A stretch of 64,000 nt of DNA from an uncultured Nitrospiraceae bacterium (GCA_963727805.1 CAVSHF010000003.1:1056001-1120000); one strand, 5' to 3'. Shown: positions 51,859 to 62,262, counted from the first letter of the stretch. Numbers and translations are program-made. The notes: a model not told the origin generated them from the sequence alone.

Positions 51859-52260
51859 ATGTTTCTATTCAAAGGTGGGCAAGCGGTAAAGAAAGGCACT
51901 TATTGGGGTGCCGGGACGACAGGTAAGATAGTCCTGAAGGATAACGAATATCTGCCCGGTGCCGAGCGGGAAGTGTATTTCAAACTTCCGGAAAGTTACA
52001 TCCTGATTCTGCCAATGCTGCTTGCCCTCGGGCTTCCCATGGTCATCCCCGTTCGTACAGAGTTCATGATGATTGCGCTTGTCGTCGCCACTATTTTGGC
52101 GTTCTATGTGGCAGGAATGGGCTTTTCCGTGCTCATCAAGAAAATGCTTGGCAAGACCGCGACATTCGGGTATGCGCCGACTACCTCATACCTGGCGGGG
52201 AACAAGATGAAAAAGACGAGGAAGGAAAGCTTGTCTGAAGAGGAAAACAGGAGAGGGTAG
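51859..52260 (+). CDS. Small membrane protein, tandem paralogue 2
   Basis: Same motifs as paralogue 1. Confidence 0.85.
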   Translation: MFLFKGGQAVKKGTYWGAGTTGKIVLKDNEYLPGAEREVYFKLPESYILILPMLLALGLPMVIPVRTEFMMIALVVATILAFYVAGMGFSVLIKKMLGKTATFGYAPTTSYLAGNKMKKTRKESLSEEENRRG

Positions 52261-52331
52261 TGACACATTTTGCATCGGTTAAAGCACTGCCTACTGAAAC
52301 AATGGAATCAGTTGAAAAGAGGTGAACAAAA

Positions 52332-52748
52332 ATGATCATTCATCATGGTGGAACGGCTGCAACAAAGGGATGGTATTGGAGTCCCATGGATGGCGGGCGA
52401 GTCGATATGCGGGACAATGGCATACTTCCAGGGGATACGACTTGCAGTTACCTTAAGATGTCTCCGCTAATTCTTCTTCTCATCGCGCCTCTGTTTGGAA
52501 TGACTTTTACATTCTTCCTGCCGCTCTTTGGGATCGGGGTATTGTTTATCTTATGTTTGCTTCCCGTATTGGGTGTTTGTTCAGCGGTAACCACAACTGC
52601 GCTTCGGGTTTGCGATGGGATTACCGGCAGGCGCGCTACTGCTAGAAAGCAGGTTTCTTTCGTCAGTTTAAGTCCATCGAGAGCGTCTTTTACAGGTGCT
52701 ATGAGGAAGAAGAAAAGCGTTCAAAAGGCAGTTAGAAAGGCAAAATGA
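52332..52748 (+). CDS. Small membrane protein, tandem paralogue 3 (divergent)
   Basis: HGG...KGWYW, GILPGD...YLK, TM helices, SP..ASFTG, Lys-rich tail. Confidence 0.8.
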   Translation: MIIHHGGTAATKGWYWSPMDGGRVDMRDNGILPGDTTCSYLKMSPLILLLIAPLFGMTFTFFLPLFGIGVLFILCLLPVLGVCSAVTTTALRVCDGITGRRATARKQVSFVSLSPSRASFTGAMRKKKSVQKAVRKAK

Positions 52749-52759
52749 GGAGGTGTAAA

Positions 52760-53152
52760 ATGTACATTTACAGGGGCGGGCAAATAGTAGAAGAAGGAAC
52801 ATATGTGGAATCAGCAAAACATGGGAAAGTCATATTAAAAGCAGACGGCTTCCTTCCCGGGACGGATAAAGAAGTGTATTTCAAGCTTCCGGAAAGCTAT
52901 CTCCTGATCCCTGTGCTTCTGTTCGGCCTTGTCCTTTCGATGGCTTTTCCCTATGGCATCGGCGTAATGATCTTTGCCGTGTTGTTTGCCATCCACAATA
53001 TATTGTTCTCGCTTGTTTCCGCTGGCGAGGAATTACTGGGGGGCTTGTTTGCACACTTTACCGCGGGATACAAACCAAACATGTCCTTTTTTTCTGGAAA
53101 TTCTAAAAAGCTGAAGAAGCGCAAAGCAAGAGATACAAAAAAAGAAGGATAG
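52760..53152 (+). CDS. Small membrane protein, tandem paralogue 4
   Basis: RGG..VEEGTY, FLPG, FKLPESY, SMAFPYG, GYKP..SFFSG. Confidence 0.85.
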   Translation: MYIYRGGQIVEEGTYVESAKHGKVILKADGFLPGTDKEVYFKLPESYLLIPVLLFGLVLSMAFPYGIGVMIFAVLFAIHNILFSLVSAGEELLGGLFAHFTAGYKPNMSFFSGNSKKLKKRKARDTKKEG

Positions 53153-53200
53153 TTTTGGTGCTACCTTGGTAGCCACAGGAAATAAACAGGAGGTGCTGAT

Positions 53201-53599
53201 ATGCACACATTATTTGATTTTATCAGCAGTGTCAACGGAATCCAGTATGCGCTGGCGCTTGTCTTCATGTTCGGATTCATCATTTTTAGTGAGTTATTGA
53301 AGCCAAAGCCGTTCCAAGGATTGGTCAAGGCAGCAGCGGAAGATATCGGATTCATAAAGGCCCAAGGCAAGGGTAAAGCATTGGGGTTGATTAAGGCCAC
53401 AGCAATGGCACCGCTCTATGCACTGTTCTATCTCGCGGCCGTACCGGTCCTCTTCGTGCATGGGATCGCTGTGCTTTTTGGGAAGGTAATCGTTGCAACG
53501 ACCGCAGTCGGGTGGAGCCCTGTACATGCTTATTTCGCAGGTCGCGGGAAGGGGAAAAAAGCACGAGGTAAAGCCCCCGATCAGCACGCTTCGGAATAG
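53201..53599 (+). CDS. Small membrane protein with an HmcD-like N-terminus and the paralogue-type C-terminus
   Basis: HTLFDF....GIQY plus TM; C-terminal GWSP..AYFAG and basic tail. Confidence 0.75.
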   Translation: MHTLFDFISSVNGIQYALALVFMFGFIIFSELLKPKPFQGLVKAAAEDIGFIKAQGKGKALGLIKATAMAPLYALFYLAAVPVLFVHGIAVLFGKVIVATTAVGWSPVHAYFAGRGKGKKARGKAPDQHASE

Positions 53600-53622
53600 G
53601 TATCGGGAAGGAGGCAATAAGG

Positions 53623-54087
53623 ATGAATATAAGGGCCTTTAGAAAATGCCGGCTTCCAGCCTGCATAGTCATTGCGTTGCTTGGAATATTGCTCCTCAAA
53701 GCGATGCCCGGGATGGTCGAAGCAATGGACATACCGGGCACAATCGTCATCGATCATATCCAAAAGCAATACAGCCCAGTAACCTTTGATCATACAATGC
53801 ATGCGGGACTGGCAGAAAATTGTGGAAAGTGCCACCACCAGCACAGCGAGAAAACAATTGCTGTATGCAAAGAGTGCCATGCCTTGAATGCCGATGCCTT
53901 TAAAACATCAGTGAAAGAGGGTTTTCTGCCCTGCAGTGGATGCCATTCTGACTACTCTCCGGAAGCGCCTGGGATGCCTAGCCTGAAGGTAGCTTTTCAT
54001 AAGAAATGCTTTGAGTGCCATGTGGGGATAGGGGAACTCGGGTCGTCACCCCGGGGATGTGCTCAGACGTGCCATACCAAGAAGTAA
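53623..54087 (+). CDS. Class III cytochrome c3 family protein
   Basis: Signal peptide, FDH..H, four CxxCH plus one CxxxCH. Confidence 0.9.
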   Translation: MNIRAFRKCRLPACIVIALLGILLLKAMPGMVEAMDIPGTIVIDHIQKQYSPVTFDHTMHAGLAENCGKCHHQHSEKTIAVCKECHALNADAFKTSVKEGFLPCSGCHSDYSPEAPGMPSLKVAFHKKCFECHVGIGELGSSPRGCAQTCHTKK

Positions 54088-54126
54088 ATATAATCTACAA
54101 ATTTAAAAAGGGATAAGGTCACTATC

Positions 54127-55125
54127 ATGTATAAGAAAAAAAAAGGACAACCAATAGAAAGCATGGAGGATAACCCATCGCAGCAATCGTCCAGTGCATC
54201 TCGCGGACTCTCCAGGAGGAGCTTCCTGTCGGTATCACTGCTGACGGGATGTTCTGCATTAGGTCTTTCCAAGCAAGCTGGGGCATTGAGCGAGTTCAAG
54301 GGGTGGCCCAAGAGCTATGGGATGTTAACGGATTTCACTGCATGTGTCGGCTGCCGGAGCTGCGAAGAAGCCTGCAACAAGGCCAATGGGATGCCTGCGC
54401 CGGACAAGCCATTCGATGACGACTCGGTTTTCAAGGAGTCCAGATGGCCTTCAGCCGCTGCCCTCACTGTGGTCAACCGGTTTGAAAACCCTAAAGACAC
54501 TTCCAGACCAATATACAGAAAGGTCCAGTGCAACCATTGCCTGGAACCTGCATGCGCCAGCGCATGTCCGATTCACGCATACACGAAGACACCAGAGGGT
54601 GCAGTAATCTACAATGAAGACCTCTGTTTTGGCTGCAGATACTGTGTAGTAGCATGCCCTTTTAACATACCTGGCTACAGTTACGATAGTGCGCTGGAAC
54701 CAAAAATTATAAAATGCACCCTCTGCCACGTGAGAGTTTCCAAAGGGCTGCTTCCGGCTTGTGCAGACGCATGTCCTGCCGGGGCGATCCTATACGGCAA
54801 AAGGGAAGAGCTGCTCAAAATAGCCCGCAAGAGGATCGAAGACAGCCCGGGGAAATATATTGACCATATTTATGGTGAGCGCGAGGTCGGAGGCACTTCC
54901 TGGCTCTATCTCTCCAGCGTGCCTTTTGAACAGCTCGGGTTTCCCTCCAACCTTCCGAAGAAGCCCCTCCTCGAACTTACGGAGGGGTACCTGTCTGCGG
55001 TGCCGGTTATTTTCACGACCTTCCCCGCCATATTCGGCTTAGTGTATAGTGCAATGAAGCAGCGAACAAAGAAGACAGGTAAAGAAGAGGACCACGGTCA
55101 TCTGAAGGAGAACGAAAATGAATAG
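54127..55125 (+). CDS. Tat-exported 4Fe-4S protein (HybA/HmcB-like)
   Basis: SRRSFL Tat motif, four Fe-S Cys clusters, YGEREVGGT, C-terminal TM. Confidence 0.9.
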   Translation: MYKKKKGQPIESMEDNPSQQSSSASRGLSRRSFLSVSLLTGCSALGLSKQAGALSEFKGWPKSYGMLTDFTACVGCRSCEEACNKANGMPAPDKPFDDDSVFKESRWPSAAALTVVNRFENPKDTSRPIYRKVQCNHCLEPACASACPIHAYTKTPEGAVIYNEDLCFGCRYCVVACPFNIPGYSYDSALEPKIIKCTLCHVRVSKGLLPACADACPAGAILYGKREELLKIARKRIEDSPGKYIDHIYGEREVGGTSWLYLSSVPFEQLGFPSNLPKKPLLELTEGYLSAVPVIFTTFPAIFGLVYSAMKQRTKKTGKEEDHGHLKENENE

Positions 55126-56374
55126 AGGCGGTGACTATACGGCCAAATCCCACACCTCTTCGGCCGGATTTACTGCATGGTTCATGAACAAACTGTTCAT
55201 GGGCATGAGCCCGTCTGAATACTCCAGGTCACTCATCACGCCTTTTAATCTGATTGCAGCATCGATCCTCGCCACTTCTTTGCCGATCTTTATCGCACGG
55301 TACGGCAAAGGGCTCGCTTCTGTCCTGGACGCCACAAACGAATATCCATGGGGACTCTTGCTCAGCTGGGGTATTTTTGCCGGGGAGCCTCTTTTTGCCT
55401 GCGGCTTTGTGGTAGCGGCGGGCTACTATCTGTTCGGAATGAAGACCTACCGTCCGCTTGTGCGCATTGCGGTGCTGGGCGGAATGCTCGGTTATGCCTT
55501 CGCGGCTTCGTACCTGCTGATCGATCTTGGCCGGCCATGGCGAATCTATTATCCTATGCTTATGAATTTCGGACCGTCGTCTGTCCTTTTTGTCGTAGCT
55601 TGGCATGTAGCTCTGTATGTTACAGTTCAGTTTATGGAGTTTTCGCCGGCCATTCTTGAATGGCTGGGATCGAAGCGGCTTCATAAATGGGCTGTCTCCG
55701 TCACCGTGGCACTTATTATAGGTGGTGTTATCCTTTCTACCGTGCACCAGTCGGCACTCGGCGCCATGTACCTCATTACACCGGGCAAACTCCATCCGCT
55801 GTGGTACACCTCGCACCTCCCGCTGCTGTTTTTCAGTTCTGCTGTTTATGCGGCAATGGCGTTTGCGATAATCCTTTCTTTCGTCGCTGTACACTATTTC
55901 AGAGACAGGTGTGATACTGAGTTCATTTCAAACATCCCCGCAGTCACGCTGAGTCTGGGTAAAGGGGCTGCTGTGGCGATGTACATCTATTTTGCCTTGA
56001 AGGTCATAGCACTGGCTCAGGATAACCGATGGGAATTCCTGCTCACCCCTTTCGGCTACTGGTACCTGGTGGAGCTGTTAGGTTTTGTTGCGGTGCCCAT
56101 GGCACTTTTTTCGATTGCAGTAAAAACGGAAAGCCTCACACTGGTTCGTTTCGCTTCACTATGGGCAGTGCTTGGGATCGTGTTGAACAGGGTTAACGTC
56201 AATCTGATCTCCTTCAACTGGAACCTGCCCGGACACTTTGAACGCATCATTCCGTCATCGGGCGAGGTCATTATGATCCTGGCGATGGTCACGCTGCACA
56301 TTCTTGTATTCAGGTGGATATTGAACAGGTTTCCGGTGACGAAGGAATTACCCGAATACAAGGGGTCACATTGA
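55118..56374 (+). CDS. NrfD/PsrC family membrane subunit (HybB/HmcC-like)
   Basis: PWGL, DLGRPW, STVHQSALG, KLHPLW, LNRVN motifs. Confidence 0.92.
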   Translation: MNRGGDYTAKSHTSSAGFTAWFMNKLFMGMSPSEYSRSLITPFNLIAASILATSLPIFIARYGKGLASVLDATNEYPWGLLLSWGIFAGEPLFACGFVVAAGYYLFGMKTYRPLVRIAVLGGMLGYAFAASYLLIDLGRPWRIYYPMLMNFGPSSVLFVVAWHVALYVTVQFMEFSPAILEWLGSKRLHKWAVSVTVALIIGGVILSTVHQSALGAMYLITPGKLHPLWYTSHLPLLFFSSAVYAAMAFAIILSFVAVHYFRDRCDTEFISNIPAVTLSLGKGAAVAMYIYFALKVIALAQDNRWEFLLTPFGYWYLVELLGFVAVPMALFSIAVKTESLTLVRFASLWAVLGIVLNRVNVNLISFNWNLPGHFERIIPSSGEVIMILAMVTLHILVFRWILNRFPVTKELPEYKGSH

Positions 56375-56381
56375 CCCGGCT

Positions 56382-57851
56382 ATGACACGCGTACCAAAGG
56401 AAGACGGTTTGAGAATAACGGTCTGCTTGTTAGGGGTCCTGTTCATTCTCTGCCTGTCGCTTCCTGCCTTGGCGTTAAATGAACAGAAAAAAGCAGAGAA
56501 TGGGGGGAACAAGTACTGCCTTGACTGTCACAGCAGTAAAGAGGCAGTGAAAACGTTCTCAGATGGGAGCTCCATCTCCACCTACGTCGATCCTCATGCT
56601 TTCAATAAGTCTGTCCACGGGACGCTTTCCTGCATGGCGTGTCATCAGGAGTTTTCCGAGAGGCAACATCCCGATCGCGGCTTCAGAGACAGGCTCCAAT
56701 ACCAAATTATGACGTCTCGCAGATGCCGTGACTGCCATCCCGATACGGCGATAAAATCAAGGCCCATTCATGTGGCGTTGTTAAAGAAGGAAAAGATTGG
56801 GGAGGCAATCGTCTGCACGACTTGTCATAGCGCCCATGCGGTTGTCCGCGTCTCTGCAGGCAATGTCGTTACATCCGAGGACAAGTATTGTATGGGCTGC
56901 CATGACCATGAAGGAAAGATGGGATTCATCAATGGAGAGGCTGTTCCGACGCGTGTGAAGACTGCCGAAATATCGGATTCCCCACACAGGGATATCGGCT
57001 GCTCAGATTGCCACTTTGGGTTTTCGGCATCGGACCATCCACAAAAAAAGTTCAGATCCGAGAGGGAGTACCGGCAATCGTCCGCAGAAATCTGCCGTCG
57101 TTGCCATTACGATAAGTATGCAAAGGTGTCGGAAGGCATACACTATGCAATGCTGAATGTGGGAAGGCTGGATGCGCCCACCTGTGTTGATTGCCATGGA
57201 ACGCATGCAATCTCATCACCTGCACAGAACCGGCTTGCGATAGTCGCAAAATGCGCGGCATGCCACAATGCGGTTTATGTTGCGTACTCTAAGAGTGTCC
57301 ATGGTAGCGCGCTGTTTAATGATAATAATAGGGATGTCGCGATTTGTACCGACTGCCATTCTTCCCACAGCATCCAGGACCCCGCCACGTCCGATTTCCA
57401 TGATTACATTCCCGATAAATGTAGCACCTGCCATTCGAATGCTGTGATTATGGGCAAGTACGGACTCTCTACAGAGGTGGTGAAGACCTATCTTTCTGAT
57501 TTTCACGGCATGACGCTCAGCCTTTACCGGAGTGAGACGAGACGGCGTTACAGCCCACCGCCTGCCATGGCTGTCTGCACGGACTGCCACGGGACACACG
57601 ATATTGCCCGCGTTTCGGGCTCCGACATGACGGTGATGAAGAGCAAGCTTCTTAAACGGTGCAGCTCATGTCACTCCGGAGCAACCGAGAACTTTCCCGA
57701 CGCGTGGCTCTCACATTATACGCCGAGTTTCAAGGTCGCACCCATGATTTTCATCACAGAAAAATTTTACAAAATTATGTTGCCGCTTACTGTTGTCGGC
57801 ATACTATTTCTGGTGCTGCTGGACATCTGGCGGTACCTTAAAAACAGGTAG
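56382..57851 (+). CDS. Multiheme cytochrome c (13 CxxCH) with a C-terminal membrane anchor
   Basis: 13 CxxCH counted; signal peptide; C-terminal TM. Confidence 0.92.
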   Translation: MTRVPKEDGLRITVCLLGVLFILCLSLPALALNEQKKAENGGNKYCLDCHSSKEAVKTFSDGSSISTYVDPHAFNKSVHGTLSCMACHQEFSERQHPDRGFRDRLQYQIMTSRRCRDCHPDTAIKSRPIHVALLKKEKIGEAIVCTTCHSAHAVVRVSAGNVVTSEDKYCMGCHDHEGKMGFINGEAVPTRVKTAEISDSPHRDIGCSDCHFGFSASDHPQKKFRSEREYRQSSAEICRRCHYDKYAKVSEGIHYAMLNVGRLDAPTCVDCHGTHAISSPAQNRLAIVAKCAACHNAVYVAYSKSVHGSALFNDNNRDVAICTDCHSSHSIQDPATSDFHDYIPDKCSTCHSNAVIMGKYGLSTEVVKTYLSDFHGMTLSLYRSETRRRYSPPPAMAVCTDCHGTHDIARVSGSDMTVMKSKLLKRCSSCHSGATENFPDAWLSHYTPSFKVAPMIFITEKFYKIMLPLTVVGILFLVLLDIWRYLKNR

Positions 57852-57863
57852 AGAGAGGACGCT

Positions 57864-58541
57864 ATGGCTTCCAGAGAAGTGTCAAACAATGAGGAGCAGC
57901 TGAGGCGGTTCAGTACCTATCGGATCATCGAGCATGTAGCGCTCATCATGCTGTTTTGCGCTCTGGCACTGACAGGACTTCCCCAGAAGTTTTACTATCT
58001 GACCATTTCGCAGTCTATTATTATCATCCTGGGGGGAATTGACATTCTGCGGTTCATGCACCATCTTGCAGGAGCGCTATTTACAGTACTCGTTGTACAA
58101 CACATTATTGTTAATTTTGCGGGTGTTATGTTCCGTGGGTGGCAGCCCGCTATGCTCATCACATTTCAGGACGCCCGTGACGCCTTTCACAATGTCAGGT
58201 ATTACCTGGGACTGGGTGACAGACCGGCGCTCTGCGGCAGGTATTCATACAAAGAAAAGTGTATTTATTGGCTCGTCCTTTTGGGGGGTATCCAGATGAT
58301 AATAACGGGCTTTGTCCTTTGGTTTCCGGTTACCCTGACAAAATTCCTGCCGGGACTGTTTGTCCCCCTTTCAAAAAGTGTCCACACCAGCGAGGCGATG
58401 CTGATTTTTCTCCTCATAGTTACCTGGCACATCTATGACTCCATATTAAGCCCAGACGTATTCCCTCTCAATAAGAGCATTTTTACAGGATATATTACAA
58501 AAAAACAGATGAAACAGCGCCAGATGCTGGAAATGCCATAG
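57864..58541 (+). CDS. FdnI-type cytochrome b subunit
   Basis: RRFS..RI.H, LTGLP, GRYSY.EK..YW, HTSEA...WH; His ligands in TM helices. Confidence 0.88.
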   Translation: MASREVSNNEEQLRRFSTYRIIEHVALIMLFCALALTGLPQKFYYLTISQSIIIILGGIDILRFMHHLAGALFTVLVVQHIIVNFAGVMFRGWQPAMLITFQDARDAFHNVRYYLGLGDRPALCGRYSYKEKCIYWLVLLGGIQMIITGFVLWFPVTLTKFLPGLFVPLSKSVHTSEAMLIFLLIVTWHIYDSILSPDVFPLNKSIFTGYITKKQMKQRQMLEMP

Positions 58542-58621
58542 GGTGCGGAGATGGGCAACGATGTATTGCCTGGACCACCCGTTTGACACAAAATAGCTGT
58601 TATGGTGTATTGTTTTAATTG

Positions 58622-60439
58622 ATGCAGAAAAAGATCCTTATCGTTCTCATTCTGAACATCATTGTGGTTTCGGTCACGCTGAGCGTTGTAAGTTATCTCT
58701 CGATCCACTCGAGCATTGATCGATCGCTGCAGAATAAGATTGCCTTTGCCAGGATCATCTCTAACTATGTTGAACTCTTGATGAGCAGAAGCCTTAACAG
58801 GCTCCAGGACATTGCCCGGTCTGAGAAGATAAATTTGAACGAAAATGACTGGGAGCCGAAGAGGAGGATGCTTCAGACCGCCTATAAATATTCGCTTTTC
58901 ACCGAGGGGGTATTCCTTCTTGATAAACACGGCAATAAACTGCTGACCTATCCCGCCGACATTGGGCATTTCGCTAATCTCACGTATATCCCCTCTGTTA
59001 ATCAAGTCCTCCAGTACGGGAAGCCCGTCATTTCGGATATCTATACGATCGAACCGAGTAAGAAAAAAGTGATATTCGTAATGACACCGCTCAAGGACAA
59101 GGAGGGAAATATTAGCGGTATTGCAGGTGGACTTATCAGCCCGACAAACGATATTTTACACAACCTCCTGCAGAGCGTTCTGACTGAACCGAACACCTAT
59201 GTGGATATAATAGATTCGAACGAAATCGTGGTCGCTTCCGACGATCCGGGGCATGTACTTCAGCACCATGACCATGGTTCCTCACTCAGCAAAATGATCA
59301 AGGAAGGGCAGGCCGGCATAGTGGAGTGCAAACATGGGTTTTCGCATCCAAATTCGGCAGTGAAGCCAATCGACCTTATTGCGGTCGTTCCCTTTCGCAT
59401 GGCCCCGTGGGCTGTCGTTTTGGGACAATCCGAGAAGGATATTTTCTCACCTGCAATAAACCTGCAAACGGATTTTATCATGCTCGTGCTCGTCTTTGCC
59501 GGCGCTTCTCTGCTGCTCTCAATCATCATGAGCAAGAAGATTGTCAGACCGCTTCAGTCTCTTATCTCCTCGGTAAACAGGATTGCCGAAGGTGATCTTG
59601 CAACGCCGGTGGGAAATGTGGGAAGCGATGAAATATTGAAGCTCAGCACGAGCTTTGACGATATGAGAGGACGGCTCTCTGATTCACTCGAGAAGATAAG
59701 TATCCAGAATGTCGAACTGGAAAACCGTGTCGCGATGAGGACCGAGGAGATTCGAGAGAGTAGAAAGAGGGTCCGGCACCTCCTGAAAAAGGTCATTTCA
59801 TCCCAGGAGGAGGAGCGAAGGAGAATTGCACGGGAACTCCATGATACCATACTGCAGGACGTATCGGCCTTTTTGATACAGCTTGACATCTGCAGGCTGC
59901 ACACTGAACTCATTACAGTGGAGAAGATAGACGAAATGAAGGGGATAACAATAGGAATTATTGACGGCATTCATAGAGTCATCGAGGACCTGAGGCCGTC
60001 GCTGCTGGATGATCTCGGCATCGACGCTGCCATCATGTGGCTATTGAACAAGCATCTTTCAGCAAAAGGGATTAATTTTTATCTCGATTTCAAATCCCCT
60101 CTGACCAGACGTCTGCCCCAGGAAGTCGAAATCCTGGTTTTCAGAATACTGCAAGAATCACTTGTCAACATAGCCCGCCATGCCAGGGCCGAGAATGTTT
60201 TCATTACCTCAGAAGTTAACGAGTCTCATCTGACGATCACCTTAGAAGATGATGGTACGGGATTCGATATCGATGCTTTGATGAAACTTCCGGTTGAAAC
60301 CGGCAGGGGCCTGGGACTGATGGGAATGAAGGAGAGGGCCAATCTGCTCGGCGGACACCTGATGATATACTCGCGTCCGGGCGAAGGAACCAGAGTATGC
60401 ATTGAGGTACCGTTGGAGGCACAAATAGAAAATGTCTAA
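58622..60439 (+). CDS. Cache-HAMP sensor histidine kinase (HisKA_3)
   Basis: 2 TM helices, EERRRIARELHD, LRP..LDDLG, QESLVNIARHA, DDG.GF, GLGL.GM.ER. Confidence 0.93.
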   Translation: MQKKILIVLILNIIVVSVTLSVVSYLSIHSSIDRSLQNKIAFARIISNYVELLMSRSLNRLQDIARSEKINLNENDWEPKRRMLQTAYKYSLFTEGVFLLDKHGNKLLTYPADIGHFANLTYIPSVNQVLQYGKPVISDIYTIEPSKKKVIFVMTPLKDKEGNISGIAGGLISPTNDILHNLLQSVLTEPNTYVDIIDSNEIVVASDDPGHVLQHHDHGSSLSKMIKEGQAGIVECKHGFSHPNSAVKPIDLIAVVPFRMAPWAVVLGQSEKDIFSPAINLQTDFIMLVLVFAGASLLLSIIMSKKIVRPLQSLISSVNRIAEGDLATPVGNVGSDEILKLSTSFDDMRGRLSDSLEKISIQNVELENRVAMRTEEIRESRKRVRHLLKKVISSQEEERRRIARELHDTILQDVSAFLIQLDICRLHTELITVEKIDEMKGITIGIIDGIHRVIEDLRPSLLDDLGIDAAIMWLLNKHLSAKGINFYLDFKSPLTRRLPQEVEILVFRILQESLVNIARHARAENVFITSEVNESHLTITLEDDGTGFDIDALMKLPVETGRGLGLMGMKERANLLGGHLMIYSRPGEGTRVCIEVPLEAQIENV

Positions 60440-61091
60440 AATACGCGTATTAATTGCAGATGATCATGCATTAGTGAGAGAGGGGATCTCTGCGCTCCTC
60501 AGGTTCTTCGATGATATTGAAGTAGTCGGAGAGGCGTCCGACGGCATTGAAGCCATTGATCGCGCCCGTGAACTTAAGCCCGACATTATCTTGATGGATG
60601 TCGGTATGCCCAGGCTCGGGGGCCTTGAAGCGACGATAGAGCTCAGGAAAACGAATCCGGAGATTAAGATAATAATACTAACCCAGTATGAAGACAGAGA
60701 GTATATCTCCCGTTTCCTGAAGGCAGGTGTTTCCGGGTATCTTCTCAAGAAAGCGGTAGGCAGCGAACTTGTCAATGCACTCAGGACAGTCCAGAAGGGA
60801 GAGTTCTATCTTTTTTCTTCGATAGCGGCAGAAGTGGTTGCAGGGTATCTTGGTCAAAACCGGGGATCAGGGGAAGAAGAACCTTATGAAAAGCTTACTG
60901 ACAGGGAGAAACAGGTTCTTAAGCTGATAGCCGAAGGGCTAAGTCATAAAGAGATTGCCGGATGTCTCAATATCAGTGTCAAAACGGTGATTGCACACCA
61001 GACAAACATATCGGAAAAACTGAATATACACAACCGTATGGGACTTGCCAAGTTTGCTATCCAGAAAGGAATAATAAAGCTCAAAACCTGA
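60432..61091 (+). CDS. NarL/FixJ family response regulator
   Basis: ADDH, LMD, GYLLK; LuxR HTH LTDREKQVL..IAEG. Confidence 0.95.
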   Translation: MSKIRVLIADDHALVREGISALLRFFDDIEVVGEASDGIEAIDRARELKPDIILMDVGMPRLGGLEATIELRKTNPEIKIIILTQYEDREYISRFLKAGVSGYLLKKAVGSELVNALRTVQKGEFYLFSSIAAEVVAGYLGQNRGSGEEEPYEKLTDREKQVLKLIAEGLSHKEIAGCLNISVKTVIAHQTNISEKLNIHNRMGLAKFAIQKGIIKLKT

Positions 61092-61331
61092 CTGATCAGT
61101 ACAGTACTGAGCAGTGCATAAAGATGGCCTGCCCGTGACTTTCTGCCATGAAAAAATATTCTTTGCATAAAATTGACGTTCTGAGGAGCCCGAGATGGCG
61201 GAATTCCTGTTTGTTTTAAGATCATAGTGTGCTTTGTTATGCTTTTTGATTCATTTCCAATCCGATATTTTCAAGTTCCATTACAAAGGGTCTGATTTAG
61301 CAGATTTATGAGAGAAATGCCATTTACCATC

Positions 61332-62132
61332 TTACATGTATGTTTCAGGCTCTTTCCGATTGAGACAGTTCAGGCTCAAACGTTCAGCCATCTGCCTTAT
61401 CCGCAAGTCCTCCATCCTTCTTGCACCGGCAGAACAGTTTTTTACGCACGCGCAGCATCTGATACACACGCTCCGGTTGGTTACCACCGTGTTTCCTACG
61501 GTAATCGCCGCCATCGGACAGGCCGATGCACACATTCCGCATTTCACGCATACTGCCTCTTGTGTAACAGGAGATATGTCTGATAGCAGCCCTCGTTCCT
61601 TATAGGGGAAGTTCCCCGGCACCTGAAGCGCGGGCATTTCCCCAAGTCTCTGCATATTCCTTATTTTCTCATGGATCTTCCTTCCGAATTCCTTCGCTTT
61701 CGTCAAATCTTCTAAGTCAGGCCGTCCGACCGCGATTGGCGCGGCGTTATTTGAGTATGAGTGCTCGCCGATAAAAGCTCCGGCGGCAAATGGTCTAAAC
61801 CCCATTTCTAAAGCAAGATCCCTTAATTCCAAAAGGGCATCTTCATAAGCTCTGCTTCCATACACCACGGCGATAACCGCCGGTGTGTCATTTCCTCTGA
61901 ATCGCCGCAACCTGGAGATCGCATCGGCTGGGAGCCGTCCACCGTATACAGGCACCCCTATGAGAGCTAACTCGGCATGCATTTCCACTGGCTTCCACAT
62001 TCTTGCATCCGGTGGTGTCAAATCAAAATGATCAATTGTGACAATCTGAACTCCTTGCGCAATGCCCTCTAGGACTTTCTTTGTCGTTTGAGTCGGGGAA
62101 AAGTAGATCAGTTTTGCTGAGGTGATATCCAT
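61332..62132 (-). CDS. EFR1-type flavodoxin-ferredoxin protein
   Basis: YFSPT.TT, PVYGGR, YG.RAYEDAL.E, GEHS, two CxxCxxCxxxC clusters. Confidence 0.85.
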   Translation of the reverse strand: MDITSAKLIYFSPTQTTKKVLEGIAQGVQIVTIDHFDLTPPDARMWKPVEMHAELALIGVPVYGGRLPADAISRLRRFRGNDTPAVIAVVYGSRAYEDALLELRDLALEMGFRPFAAGAFIGEHSYSNNAAPIAVGRPDLEDLTKAKEFGRKIHEKIRNMQRLGEMPALQVPGNFPYKERGLLSDISPVTQEAVCVKCGMCASACPMAAITVGNTVVTNRSVCIRCCACVKNCSAGARRMEDLRIRQMAERLSLNCLNRKEPETYM

Positions 62133-62241
62133 ATTTGTGCTCCTTAAAAAGTCGTATCTTAATATAAACCCCTAATCGGGAAGAAGCAAGATCGGGATAC
62201 TTGACATGACGCCCTCTTATTGATGAATATATAATTACTAA

Positions 62242-62262
62242 TGAAAATGGAAACCATTTGCA
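62242..62262. promoter_or_regulatory. Fur-family operator-like palindrome
   Basis: TGAAAATGG-AAA-CCATTTGCA (8/9) immediately before the regulator's ATG. Confidence 0.5.

Noticed and set aside
59320..59350. Possible heme motif in the sensor kinase periplasmic domain (CKHGFSH)
   Set aside because: It is not a CxxCH motif; only one Cys is present.
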